From the NCBI RefSeq assembly GCF_024521635.1, contig NW_026250425.1, forward strand, positions 1 through 64,000: a stretch of DNA of 64,000 nucleotides, in the 5' to 3' direction. This document shows, piece after piece, positions 24,652 to 36,457 of this stretch; positions within the stretch are counted from its first letter, which is position 1, and the number at the start of each line of letters is the position of its first letter. The stretch comes from Tricharina praecox. Lineage: Eukaryota. The translations under genes were made by a program, and so were the position numbers. Under the pieces are notes generated by a model. The model made no database searches, was not told the origin of the DNA, and saw nothing but the letters and a program-made list of their open reading frames with translations.

Positions 24652-25758
24652 TCAAGCCAAACTTTTCTCGGCATTCCCCGATCTCCTAGTCCTCCGCCGC
24701 CTGGTGTCCCCGGACTCTTCCATTATCCCATTGACCAACGCCGCGCCCATGAGGACGCCAGCCTTCACCCACGGCTCCCACTGGCCGATCGAAAACATTG
24801 GATCGAAGCTCGGCAAGCCGCCGCTCATAGTAGCAAAGATATATTCGTTGAGGATGATCACGGCGATGAGTGCCGCGAAGCAGATGCGATTAAAGATCTT
24901 CGACTTGTCCATCTTGAGGTGGTTCAGCCTGGTCTCCGAGATGTCCTTTATGTCCTCTCCGAGCGAGGATAGGATCCGTATCTTCTGGAAGTTTATCACC
25001 AGCGCGTTACGCGCGTGAACTGCGTACACTGGCATTCCGACCATCGCCAGCAGCGTAAGCGCGGTCGTGAATATGAGCGCTTTTTTCTGCAGCGCGCCGT
25101 CGAGCATGGCGATGGGGACCACGAGCACCTCCAAGGAACCGCGCAGGACTGAACCACGGCTGAAGCACTCGTAGCTGCAGTCAGAGCCCGATACCGCGAT
25201 GTCCAGGGGCGTGCGTAATAGTTGTCCGTCGGCACCTCGACACGCTACCTCGCTGCTCTTCTGATCGGCGGAGTCTCCGGCTAAAATTTGCAGTAGATAC
25301 ACCACGATGCAGCACATCTCCCCCGCCCATATCAGGAGCCCCCATATCTCGAATATCCGTCGGCCCGCGGGGTTGCGCAGCGCAGGCGCCCACTGGATCA
25401 GTGGGCAGAAGCACAGTACACAGGTGGACAAGAGGACGAGGAGCACGCGTGCGTCGAGGTCGATGACGGACGGGTTATTGCCGTCGTGGCCCAGCACCAT
25501 CGCGTGGAATGCACCCACGGAGCTGGTCGTCATCGAGGATAGTAGGCAGCCGACGACGAGCCAGCGGTGGGCGCCGACTACGGCGAAGACGAGGGTTACG
25601 TAGAAGAGGCAGCGCGGGAGCAGGCCGTAGCTGCCGCTCACGGGGTATACGCATGATACGAGATCGGTCGAGTTGCTGTTGGCGGCGGAGAGGGCGGCGG
25701 ATGGTGATGCGAATGTTGCGAGGACGCAGAGGATGCGGAGGAGGAGTGGAGTCTTCAT
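24652..25758 (-). CDS. Uncharacterised fungal multi-pass membrane protein with signal peptide, ~368 aa
   Basis: Single exon starting MKTPLLLRILCVLATFASPSAA. Contains CVYPVSGSYGLLPRCLFY..WLVVG..FHA, a Cys-containing loop (C..C.YEC), ILNE and SIGQW..WV, with several hydrophobic segments. Confidence 0.8.
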   Translation of the reverse strand: MKTPLLLRILCVLATFASPSAALSAANSNSTDLVSCVYPVSGSYGLLPRCLFYVTLVFAVVGAHRWLVVGCLLSSMTTSSVGAFHAMVLGHDGNNPSVIDLDARVLLVLLSTCVLCFCPLIQWAPALRNPAGRRIFEIWGLLIWAGEMCCIVVYLLQILAGDSADQKSSEVACRGADGQLLRTPLDIAVSGSDCSYECFSRGSVLRGSLEVLVVPIAMLDGALQKKALIFTTALTLLAMVGMPVYAVHARNALVINFQKIRILSSLGEDIKDISETRLNHLKMDKSKIFNRICFAALIAVIILNEYIFATMSGGLPSFDPMFSIGQWEPWVKAGVLMGAALVNGIMEESGDTRRRRTRRSGNAEKSLA

Positions 25759-26637
25759 CTCTATCGGAAGTGGCAGCGGTGAAGCCTGCTGTTCTGACTT
25801 CACGATGCCAGTCGAGACGTACAGGAAGGAGGGGTTGGGTAGGTACCTAGGTGATGGCACAGTCTCGAGCCCAACACAACAACATGCGGATGATGCCTTG
25901 GGGCAATAGATGGAAAGCGGCTTAAAAGATGGAACAACGACTACGGGGCGGTGCAGCAATGACGGGTTTCTGGATTTCCGGGTTTGTGGTTGCCCATGGT
26001 ACCGCGCATGGGATTCTGTGTATATAGAGTTCGTGCAGTGTGCACAGTTGAAAGAATGGAGTGGATGGAGTGATTGGCTTCTTCTGGATCACCCCGCCCT
26101 CGCGAGAGAATGCGGCGTTTAATCGAACTGCCTGGCCAGTCGCTGTCTTTGGCTTCGCACGGCGGTCCTCCGCTGCGGTGATGGTGCCCGCGGCGCAGCG
26201 GGGCGCAGCGGGGCGCAGCAGTTTGAGTTGTCGGAAGGAATCGAAAGTTACTGCAGTGGGTATCTCTTCCTAGAGAAACTTTGAAATATGGTTTCTGTTC
26301 TCTAGCAACCACTGCTCATGTGTCCGTGACTGCCTACAACAGGGGGTCACTTGTAACCGAGCCGCCATAGGTCATCACTGCAGGGCCCATCCATCGCCCA
26401 TACTCCCGGCGGACCTCTCGTTTATTGCACGGCCGCACATTCAGCTTAGCCCGTATACCCACTCTACCATGTGACAACGGCATGGAAAAGAAAGCATTAA
26501 AACTTCCAGATCGAAATCGAAATCGAACGAAGAATTACATGGCAAAAGATAAGACCATCGTGACCTCGTGTTTGGACTTTGGATTCCCACAAGTTGAAAA
26601 CTCACTCCAACCTACCGCCAGCCGCCTCTCTTGGCAA

Positions 26638-26990
26638 GATGCTGTAGTATAATCCATCTACCGTTTGGTTGAATCCAACGAACTATTCCACCAAAAGGAA
26701 GAGCCTGGTGAAGATGACAACGATAAACCCGATGTAAACTGGGATTATGACGCAAAAAACTTGTACCACGTGGATCGTCCAAAGCAGTTTAGCGTCTGTT
26801 GTAGGAGTCGGCTTCTTCAATGGGTTAGGGTTAGGTGTTTGTTCGTTTGCATGGCCTTCTCTGGGTGTGCGTCGTCTGTTATGGCGCTCTTCTCGAATGC
26901 AGTGATTGACCGGGGGTTTTGGGAATCGGTACTATTATTCTGGTGACGAGTCTCCGTTCGATCTCCTTATCAGGCAGCTAATAGCTAGGC
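26638..26990 (-). pseudogene. Decayed 3' fragment of a fourth paralogue of the ~700-aa membrane family
   Basis: Manual translation KLLWTIHVVQVFCVIIPVYIGFIVVIFTRLFLLVE*FVGFNQTVDGLY aligns to the paralogue C-terminus DILLWSVYKGFVAVTFYIGIIIVIFARLFLLVESFIALRGQPDGAY. The Ser codon TCG is TAG here (26683-26685). An upstream LAISCLIR, resembling LCIGALIK, is cut off by a stop. Confidence 0.75.
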
Positions 26991-29900
26991 TAGGAGATAT
27001 TCAAGTCCGCGATCCATCTGTGGTTCCGGTGGGAGCCAGTGCTGGCTGTCCATAGTGCCAACGACAGTGGTATCTGATCTTGATGGATCAGCAATCTCAA
27101 GACTCAAGTCAGCATTTGTTTGAGTGTCTGACACGGATTGATCAATGAAGGGTAAAACTGGAGTAATCTTAACCAAGTAGTACTCTGTGATTAACCTTAT
27201 GCCGCGGTACCTGCGTCATAGTGAAGCAGGCCGGTGCCGGGTGTTGAGGTGCAGTACCGCCGTGTTCTGTGCTGTACTGTAAGTGCGGCTCCGTGTACTC
27301 ACGGTACCGTCACACGCACTGTACATACCAGCCGGTGCGGGCACAGGCTGATACTGTATGTTACCTGACAGTATTTGTAGAGCGGGGCGCGCCCCAGGTA
27401 GTGATGACCCGGTTAGGTCGAAGGAGTGGCGCCGCGTCCTCCACTACATTCGGTCGAGAATTGACGCCCCAAAGGTGATGGGGTGTCGAATGGGCTGCTT
27501 GCGGTCACGCCAGCTCTGGTAGACTGAGCTGGATACCGGCAACGGTGATGATAGGGTAAAGATTTCCAGTTGCTGAAGGGTCTCGTAAAGATCATCTATT
27601 GTCACTCAGAAATGCCCGAGTGAGGGCACATGAACAGCACTGGAGGGCGGCGGATATACTACCTAGTAGATGGGCCCCCAGAGGCCAAAGTAGAGGAGTG
27701 ATCGATGACTAAGGGATGGCAAAGCAATGTGAATATGATAAATGATATGCGGTTCATTGATGTTATCACGATCGCCTAGACATGGGTTGTACGATCTAGT
27801 AGGTATGTAGAAGAGCTTTGCACTCGTTTCCCGACTGTCCAAGTGACGGCAGTCGAATATAATCTGGATGGTAAGTCGCTCGCGGTCTCAGCTTTAGCAG
27901 ATAACTAAAAAGGCCACTATATCAACCCCCGTCAAGACTCAAGTTCTCGGACCGGAGGGACGGTAGTCAACTGTCCACCGTAAACTGTTGCGTTCCACGC
28001 CTCCGCACGACCGCTAGTCCTAATCGCAAGCAACTACTGGGCGGGCTGCGGGCAGCCACAGACCTGTCACTCATCTAGAAAAGTTCATCCGTAATGATGG
28101 ACCAGATGAATCATTGCGAGTGTTGGACTGCAGCTGGTAGCTGAGAAAACCCTAGAAGCGCAACCACACACTGTCACTGTATGTATTTGCTGGCTTGCTG
28201 CAAGTCGTGTCTCGACTCTCGACCACACGATGATAAGTCCAAGTTGAAAACGAGACAGTCGTCCAATGACTGCACACGAGGATACCATGATACATGAAAA
28301 CTCGGAGGTAATCATCTAATGACTGCAAACGACCTCGCAGCATGCCCAGCGGTTTTGCTTCGCCATCACTCGCTCCTGAGCGGTGGGGCGGTATTGATAA
28401 CGGATGAAGGCACTTGCGCCGTCCGTCCGCCTCTGAGTGACCGATCAACCCAGAGCATTCCACCGCTCCAACCACCCGTATTCGCCAAGCTGCTGTTCAC
28501 AAAAGCGATCCGACGACCGACGACCGAAGAGCACTGCTGATCTGCCCAGAGGAGGTGCTTTCGAACCCCCCACAAATCACCAATAGGTAACCTACAAGCC
28601 ATCGCAGGTATGCATGTCTCAGAACGTGGTCGCTCAATATTTATCAATGGCCGTATGTAACTGGCCGGTCGGGGTTTGTAGCGACCTACCGTGAGCAGCT
28701 AGCGTACCGGTCAGATGCAGGTGGGATACTCTTTGCATAGCGATTTTCAGGGAGGGGTATGTAAATATCTTCCAGCTGCGTGCCGACGATTGATTGGCGA
28801 TATCCCAGCGCACTCGAAACTATATGTGCGCAGTAGATCTGGGGATCAGTAGCAGTGTCAGAGAGATCTGGGCGTCAGCCTGGTCGTGAGCCCTGCCTGC
28901 ACCATCGCCCCGATGCCGCCGTTCGGTTCGTATTCGCGGCGTCCTCTGTCCGGTGCGATATTGCGAGTTGAATACTGACGTTTGCGCCGTTCCAACCGGG
29001 ATGCCCGGCGGTATCTCACACGCATTATCCTTTGCTCTCGGCGCTCTGGCGGTCGGCTGTGGATCGTGCGTCGATTAATTTCAAGAACGTAATTTCGCAT
29101 GATGATTTCCACCGCCACCTAGGTACTACGGCACATCCCCAGAAACACTGTGCCGAACCGCATCATGCAATTACCCCGCTCGAGCGCTCCCCGCCAAGTG
29201 ACTTCCAAGCCGAAGCAATTCCAAATACCGGCCGCAGAAAGCGGGGTTGCAACTTGCATCGTTTGTGGAGATGCCGATGATTCGCAGAGTTGGTATGTAG
29301 TCGCCCATCTTTTGTCTCCCTTGGGCCTGGGGGCCGCATATGAGAACAAGGATTCATCCCGGGCGGAGCTGAGCTGAGCGCGCATTCGCCAGAGCCGCTC
29401 GCTCGCTCGCTTAATGCCCGGTTCGGAACACTGCCCGTACGTACGTGCCTGCGAGTCTGCGACCGACCAATCGATAAGATAGTTACCGTCGTGTCTTACA
29501 TATCGATGCCCTCTGGCTACAACTTACATAACTACCTGCTAGGCGTCGGTGGTTGTTTTGCTTTTTCCACCACCGATGCCCGCGGGCTACTCCGCAGTAG
29601 GCAACACTGCCGCTGTCACCTCAGCCCTCGGTGGAAGATGGCCAGGCTTGTTCCGACACCCGATGTGCGAACCGGTAACTAGTATGTACTAGTATGTACT
29701 AGTTATGAGAGTGAAGCTTTGCCCTGCGTTGCCTTGGAGTGATCTTACCGGCCACACCACTGCCCGCTCCGAACAAATCAAATTCCAAGGGTAGTAGAAA
29801 TCACTGGATCCTCCGGTGGATCTTCACGCCTTCCCGAGTATGTACGGGAATGTACCTATGTACATACTTGGTTGCGGCTTCTTGGATCACTGGCCCTATC

Positions 29901-30424
29901 ATACTACTGGCAGCTAACTAGGTACCTAGCAGTGATCACCAGCCATCTTTGATAGTTACCCATGATATATATCGCTTGCGATATTGATGTGTGCATGCAT
30001 CGATACGGTACGGCCGCATGCCCACTCCATGTGAGACCATGCTGAGCCTACTGCTGCCTTATAGTAGAAGCACATCGCTTGACTCGGCTACCGTACTCCG
30101 TTGAACAGCACTGGCAGTCTGGCACGAGTCACGACCGTACCAACGTATTTCTGCATCCTCCGAACCAGCCCGCCGCACAGAAGAAATCACCAATACATCC
30201 AGTCCTTTATATCTCACTCTTTGCAGCCATTGGTTGCTCCGCGAACTGAAAAAGAACGGAAAGAGCAGGGAGATTACCGTTCCTCCCACGGCGAACAATC
30301 CCCTCCGAAAAGCCGCCGAGTTTAGGGGAAATTCTGGTGCAAGTAGTCGTTCCTCACGCAGAAGCATGTCCGGATAAGGCTGCGCTTCGTTCAGTTCGGT
30401 TCGGATTAGAGCAAAGATAAAGTA

Positions 30425-31060
30425 GCAGGTCAAAATGTACACCCTCCCCAACAGCGCCACCACACCACACACACATATATCTCTCTAACACAACAACCAA
30501 ATTTTAGAAAGTACTCATAACTGGCATATATGATGGATTAGGTATATACTAATAAAGCTTCAATGAGATTTCTAGCTCGCTAGGCTGATTATATTATGCG
30601 AAGTAGAATGGCTAAACGGATTTCCCTTTCACCAAGGCAGGCCATTTCCAGCCATTGATACAGCAACCATAAGGTAGAATAAAAATATGTGGGCCATTAG
30701 AAGGTCCTCTAAAATAGGTAGAGAACCTCAATTGAAATCGGCATATAATTTTAACTAGTTGTGGTTGAGTATTACCGTATGGGAGAAAAGGTGGTGTTGA
30801 AACTGGTTGTCAGGCAATAATTTTGTATGAGGGCCCCATACAAAATCTGAAATCACTGTCCAACCCGTGCACAACACCATACCGTGCACCACCAATCCGA
30901 AGCAAAAGTCGTCAGACTTCTTAGAAGTGATGGATCTTGCGATTCCAAAGCTTCTATGAAAGACTCGAATGTTTTCCGCTAAGTGAAGGATGGGTTTTGG
31001 TTACTTGAAAATAGGCATTTTTGGTGTAAAACGGTCCCTGTACGAAAACTTTTGACCTAG
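30425..31060 (+). mobile_element. Non-autonomous DNA transposon (MITE-like), copy A, diverged, ~636 bp
   Basis: Colinear with 35825-36457 over its length (AGTTGTGGTTGAG, CTGGTTGTCA, CATTTTTGGTGTAAAACGG). Ends are TA|GCAGGTCAAAA and CTTTTGACCTAG. Confidence 0.85.
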
Positions 31061-31572
31061 ATAGATAGTACTTTGTCATAGAATGCCCGCGGTTGAGCTA
31101 AAAGGGTGCCCTCGTCGGTACGCGATTCCCGCTGCACCGCCACTCTAATTCTGCGTACAAAACCAAGTTTTTTGAAGCAGTCGACTGGGCAAAGAGAGTT
31201 CGATAGAGAAAAAGAGGATGCTTTTCTATTTCATTGAAGCACTGGAGTTCTCTATGGTGCTGCTTTCCCAACTATTATAACGATTTTTTCGTGGGTTATG
31301 TGTTCCACCGTTGGAAGGTAAAATTTTGGTTGGTATTTCAGTGAAGAGTCAATCCAATTTAGTAGCGTATCAATTTATTTTAGTGACGAGTCAATCCATC
31401 TTAATGACAAGCCACAAAACGTGCGCACAGCGAGTCAGTAACGTTTATGACTCAAGCGCAAATTCCACTCGTCTGGTCTGCGCTGTTCACAACGCGCGAC
31501 TGGAGACAAATTGGCCATTAGACAGTTATTAAACGCAAGCAAATTGTTAGTAAAATTATTGCGATGATAATA

Positions 31573-31901
31573 CTATATTTGCCAGCCAGTTTCTTATAAG
31601 ATCACCTACGCGGTTAGAAAGAACTTCCAATTGCCCAAGATTTTTTAAAGTGTGTTTGGGATGCAGAATCCGTGGTTGAAAATGGATAGCCTTGATCCAT
31701 TAGGACTTGGGTTAGCCGCACAACTTCACATAAAATATTGATTTATTTTGCCTGGAAATTTTGTCGAAAGTGGATGTGTACATGTCTAATCATCATGTAT
31801 GCAGTCTGGTATGACTTTCTATTGTGTGGTTGTGTTCGAGAAGTTTACAGGTGTGGTGTGGTGGTCTCGTAGGGGGCTAGTGGCGATACGTTTTGACCTG
31901 G
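31573..31901 (-). mobile_element. MITE copy C, inverted, left ~330 bp only
   Basis: Reverse complement matches 35825-36150 (e.g. TTTTTTAAAGTGTGTTTGGGATGCAGAA, GTTAGCCGCA.AACTTCACATAAAATATTG). Terminus reads CCAGGTCAAAACGTATCGCCA on the minus strand from 31901. Confidence 0.85.
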
Positions 31902-32413
31902 CACTTGTTACCGTCCGGCCCGGGGTGGGGCCTAGTCGGTTCTCACTGCTTCGTGACTCCGTCGCCGGGATCGCGTACAAAACTATGTATCGGATGGCCC
32001 ACTGTAATGTCCGACGTTTTCCTGAGCATGAGCTTCAACGGCATCGGCAATCATGTGGAGCCCGTAGACGTTTCGGTAAGTTCCACGGTGATGAACGATC
32101 ACTGCTGTCATCAAGGTTCTGCCCAACTACCTTGGCCCGTCCGCCAACCACGACCAGATTGACTGCAGCCTTACGGGACGATACAAAGCTGATCTAAATA
32201 GAGCATTCCAGATATTTCATTAAATTAGAATGCTATGCGTTTACTAATTATCATCACAACAATAACTAACCCTCCGTCAAAGTCAAATGAAAACATGATC
32301 GCGTGTGGTAAAACATAAAACCAATCACAATCCAGTCTGATATCCGGACCCTCCATCCAACAAGCATAACCTTCAACTTCCAACCCCCAGGTGGGCGGAT
32401 CTTCATTCCTCCC

Positions 32414-34665
32414 TCATGACAGATGTGGTATCGACTCGACCCAGTTGACGGTGTTGTAGACGCCGTCAGGCTGTCCCCTAAGGGCAATGAACGACTCGAC
32501 TAAGAGGAAGCACCTGGCAAAGATGAGCACGATGAACCCCAAGAAAGATGTCGACCCGACGATGAGCTTGTAAATAGTCCAGTACAGTTTGTCGCGTTTT
32601 TTCCCAAACTTTTTCACTGGGCGAGGCGCCTTTCCCGGCCTTGAACTATTGGTCATAGTCTTTCGGGGTTTGCTCGATGGCACGGGGCCGGCCGCCGGCG
32701 CGGCGGTGATATGTGTCGCGGGCGTCTTTTCGACTTCGGCGGGAAATGGGTGGACATCAGCGGCGGCAGGTGTCTCTTCGACCCCGGTGGGCGTCTTCAC
32801 GGCATCGGCCGTCCCTCCTTCTCCGATAGTTTCCCACTCGATGAACTTTATCAGCGCGCCGATGCACAGTTCGAGCACGAAGCCGAGAATTGCGACCGCG
32901 GTGATGACAGAACAAGCCTTCCACGCGACCTTCTCGAACTCGGTCTCGAAGTGATTATTCCAGGTGGCGAGATGCACGCCGCCATAGATGAGGCCCACGG
33001 TGCACACACAAGTGCCCTCCCAGACCAGGTTCGCGCGGCCACTGATAATGCGCCCAAACGCATCGCCCAGGTCCGTAATGCTCACGAATATGTTCTTCCC
33101 CTTCGACAGTTGCTGGTACATCAGCTTGCCAAGCCCGGCGCGCGACGTCACGTACTTTTTGTCCTCCTCACCAGCGGCGGCGGGAATCCCCTTCCGTGGG
33201 AAGAGCTTGCCCCTCGAGAAGGGATTGGTCGGGTTTGGCTCCGAGCCCGCGTTCTTCAGCTCTGCGAATTGTTGGTCGGTGAGGTAGATTTCGATGGGGA
33301 GGTCGATGTCGACTGGCTTGCTGAACCACTGCGGAGCGTGTTAGCAAAGGCTTCGGGTGCTGCGTGCGAACATGTCGCGTTCGCCTGGAGCAACATACAG
33401 TGATATACATCGTGCCGGCACATAAAGCGTGCAAGACAGTGTGCAGCTCGATCAAGGTGACCTCCTGTCCTGCCGCCAACCTCCCAAGCGCCTGGATTAT
33501 CATCCATCCGGCCTGGAGGCACACCAGAACCTTTGCCAGGGCGTTGACCTTGGACTTATCCTTCACGAACTCCGGGGAGATCGCATCGACGGGTAGCCAT
33601 CCCTTCCTTGCTATCCAGAGCACACCATGAGGCGTAAGCGTACCGCCGGCTTCATCGGTCACGGGATCCACCTGAGACCAGTCGTACGGGTGGGTGCCGG
33701 AGAAGAGTCCTTGCACAAATCCGGCGGGCTCCCGCCGTGGGCCCGATTCCGCCAACTCGGGATCATTCACTGATGGCTGCGAGACTAACGAGGTCTCGGT
33801 GAAATCTTTGCGGTCGGGGGTCTCGGAGCCTGGTCTTACGGCACCGGATGGCGAACCCTCCTCATAGTCAAAGGCCGACAATTTGGACACTTCCTGCTGG
33901 CCCTCCTGGGCGGGCGCCACGCCGGCCGCGTGCTGACGGTTCTTGCTATATACGACGCGGAACCCGCCCATAACGGCGAAATACGAGAGCGACAGCTCTT
34001 TCCAGGGGTTTGGCGGTTCCTCTCCTTCAGGCGTGAGGTTGACCTCCTTGCGCCTCAGCTTCTCCTTCCACATGGGATCGAAAATCTCCCTCAAATGCAC
34101 CTGCAGCAGCAGCGCGGTGCGCCGCTCAAATGCGGCGACCGACATCGCCATTTCCGGAAACATCAGGCTGGTCAGGCTCCAGCCGATCTTCCGCACGTTG
34201 CGCTTCGCACAAAGTTGGTCGAGCTTTGCGATCCAGTGCGCGCCTTTGCGCACGTGGATCGGCGGCTCGATGTTGACGGCGATGGTGGTCCCTAGGCCAG
34301 CGGAACAAGCCAGTATCAGCGTTTCTTGCTTTGCGCACTGCACGACCGAATAGGGTAGATGGATAGTGGTACTCACACACGCACAAGAACAGCGTCAAGA
34401 TGCAGCTCATGATAATCCCCACCGTACCGCGTCTTCTGGGATTGGCCACATACTTCACGATGTTCTCCTCCAGGTCCGACTGTTGATGCGCCGTTGAAGC
34501 TGGCTGCGGCGCCCGCGTGGCGGTTGAGGGTCTTACGGTGACGGTTGCGGCCGTCACCGTGAGAACGAAGTTCTCCCCGTCTTGTGCTAGAGGCACGCTG
34601 TAGGCTGCGATCGCACATAGAACGAGGAGGAGGAAGAGGATACGGAGGGGACGGAAAGTAGACAT
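32414..34665 (-). CDS. Uncharacterised fungal multi-pass membrane protein, paralogue 1, ~698 aa
   Basis: Exons 34665-34377, 34291-33399, 33328-32414 with canonical introns. Signal peptide; RGTVGIIMSCILTLFLCVW; FPE; YFAVMGGF; TLTPHG; DKSKVNALAKVLVCLQAGW; ELHTVLH; WFSKPVDI; YGGVHLATWN; ARCFLLVESFIALR..P..VYNTVNW..IPH. Confidence 0.9.
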
Positions 34666-35824
34666 CGTTACGAACTATGAAGGCGGGGGATTCAGTGAGG
34701 GCCCGGTAAACGGCGTTGGTGGAACCCACGGGATAACGTTGGGCTAAGTGTTTGATACTCTAGATGCGTGCGTTATGGCGGTGGCATGAGAGAAGGCAGA
34801 ATATATATGGTCCCACTTGCAAGCCTCCCAAACAGCACTGGTGGCAGACGTCCAGAACAGAAGGGCCTCCAAGCCCCCGATCCCTCCGAGCACACCAAAT
34901 GTCAGGCGGTGGGCGGCTGCAGCTGGTATGTAGAGTACCTGAGCTGAAACCAAGTACAACGTCCAATTGTCGCTGTATTGGTTCGCTGTTGGTGGTCTTT
35001 GGCCAGACGTAGGAGGGCGTGTAATTCCGTTGCATACCTAACTGCTCATTGCTCGATTTCCCATTGATCACTGCCCAGTGCTCGCTGCTCATTGCTCATG
35101 GCTGTATATCACAAATTTCTAGATCCGCCTTGCGTGTGTGCACATAAGTGCGATTTCGCACATTATCTAATTGGCTGCTGGTACAGAACCAGAACATGGA
35201 CACCCATTGTCCCATCGTCCATCATGGCAATCTCCATACAGATATCTGATATCGTACATTAGCTCCGTATTCGATGGCGATATGGACACACCCTTTCCAC
35301 GTCCACCGAGTCCAACTCACCTATCGTCAAGCATCCGGATGTAGCTTCCCCCGCCCTCTACCTGGCCTTTCCCGAAGAAATAAGCTTCCCTCCAGGAAAA
35401 AGCAAAGTCCGCTCCACAGTCCTCACTCCGCCTTGCCACCTACCTACCTCTTCATCGGGAGATGCCATGGCCCATGAAGGAGGGAGGGTGTGCGGAGGAA
35501 CCACGGGAGTGGCCCAGCGGCCTCCTTCTCCTCTTCTCTTCCCGCTCCCTGAGCTCCCCACTCGGGCTCCTCACATGCTACATCTTCCGCTAGCGGCCTC
35601 CGGGATCCGACGCCGACATACCTACATACACATTATACCGGTATACCAGTCGGTCGGTGTGTGCCCCACCAACCAACCACCCAACCTCCGCAACCTCCGC
35701 GACGACTACGAATTATAATTGGTGTCTACGGTACGTGTCGTATACGGCGTGCTCTTAATCGGGTCGAACGCAGGATGGTGGTCATGGTGGTTGTGGTAGT
35801 CGGGCGAAGGAGGGGATGTAAATA

Positions 35825-36457
35825 CCAGGTCAAAAGTTATCGCCACTCGCCCCTATGAGACAGCCATACCACACATGTAGACCTCTCGAACACCACAACC
35901 ACACAACAAAAAGCAATAAAAGTTTTCATAGAGGATGATTAGATAGATATCTAGCTTCGACAAAATTTTTAGCCAAAAAAAATCAATATTTTATGTGAAG
36001 TTATGCGGCTAACTCAAGTCCCATTGTCAAAAGGCTATCTATTTTCAACCACAGGTTCTGCATCCCAAACACACTTTAAAAAATATTGGGCAATTGGAAG
36101 TCCCTTTTAACTGCCTAGATGATCTCTTAAGAAACTGGCTTGCACATATAAGCAGTTGTGGTTGAGCAATGCGGCCCAGGAGAAAAATGTATGGTTGACG
36201 CTGGTTGTCATGCAACTTTTTGTATGGGAGCCCCATGCAAAATGCGAATTCACCGTTCACGTCATGTACAAACCCCCATTGAAAGCCACCAATCTTGACT
36301 AAAAGCGGTCAAATGTTTTACATATGAGAGGGCTTATGATTTTACGGCGTCTGTGAAAGACACAATATTTTTCCGTCAGAGGAAGGATGAGTTTTGGTTG
36401 TGTGAAAGTGGCCATTTTTGGTGTAAAACGGCCCCCTGGCGATAACTTTTGACGTAG
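35825..36457 (+). mobile_element. Non-autonomous Tc1/mariner-type DNA transposon (MITE-like), copy B, 633 bp, both ends intact
   Basis: 21-bp terminal inverted repeats with 19/21 identity (CCAGGTCAAAAGTTATCGCCA vs CTACGTCAAAAGTTATCGCCA). TA flanks both sides (35823-24, 36458-59). AT-rich interior with no transposase ORF. Confidence 0.88.

Noticed and set aside
26823..26835. GGTTAGGGTTAGG telomere-like sequence
   Set aside because: Only about two units, within chance expectation.
31080..31570. Possible transposase remnant between MITE copies A and C
   Set aside because: I found no DDE/D or HTH-like peptide by eye. A TBLASTX search would be needed.
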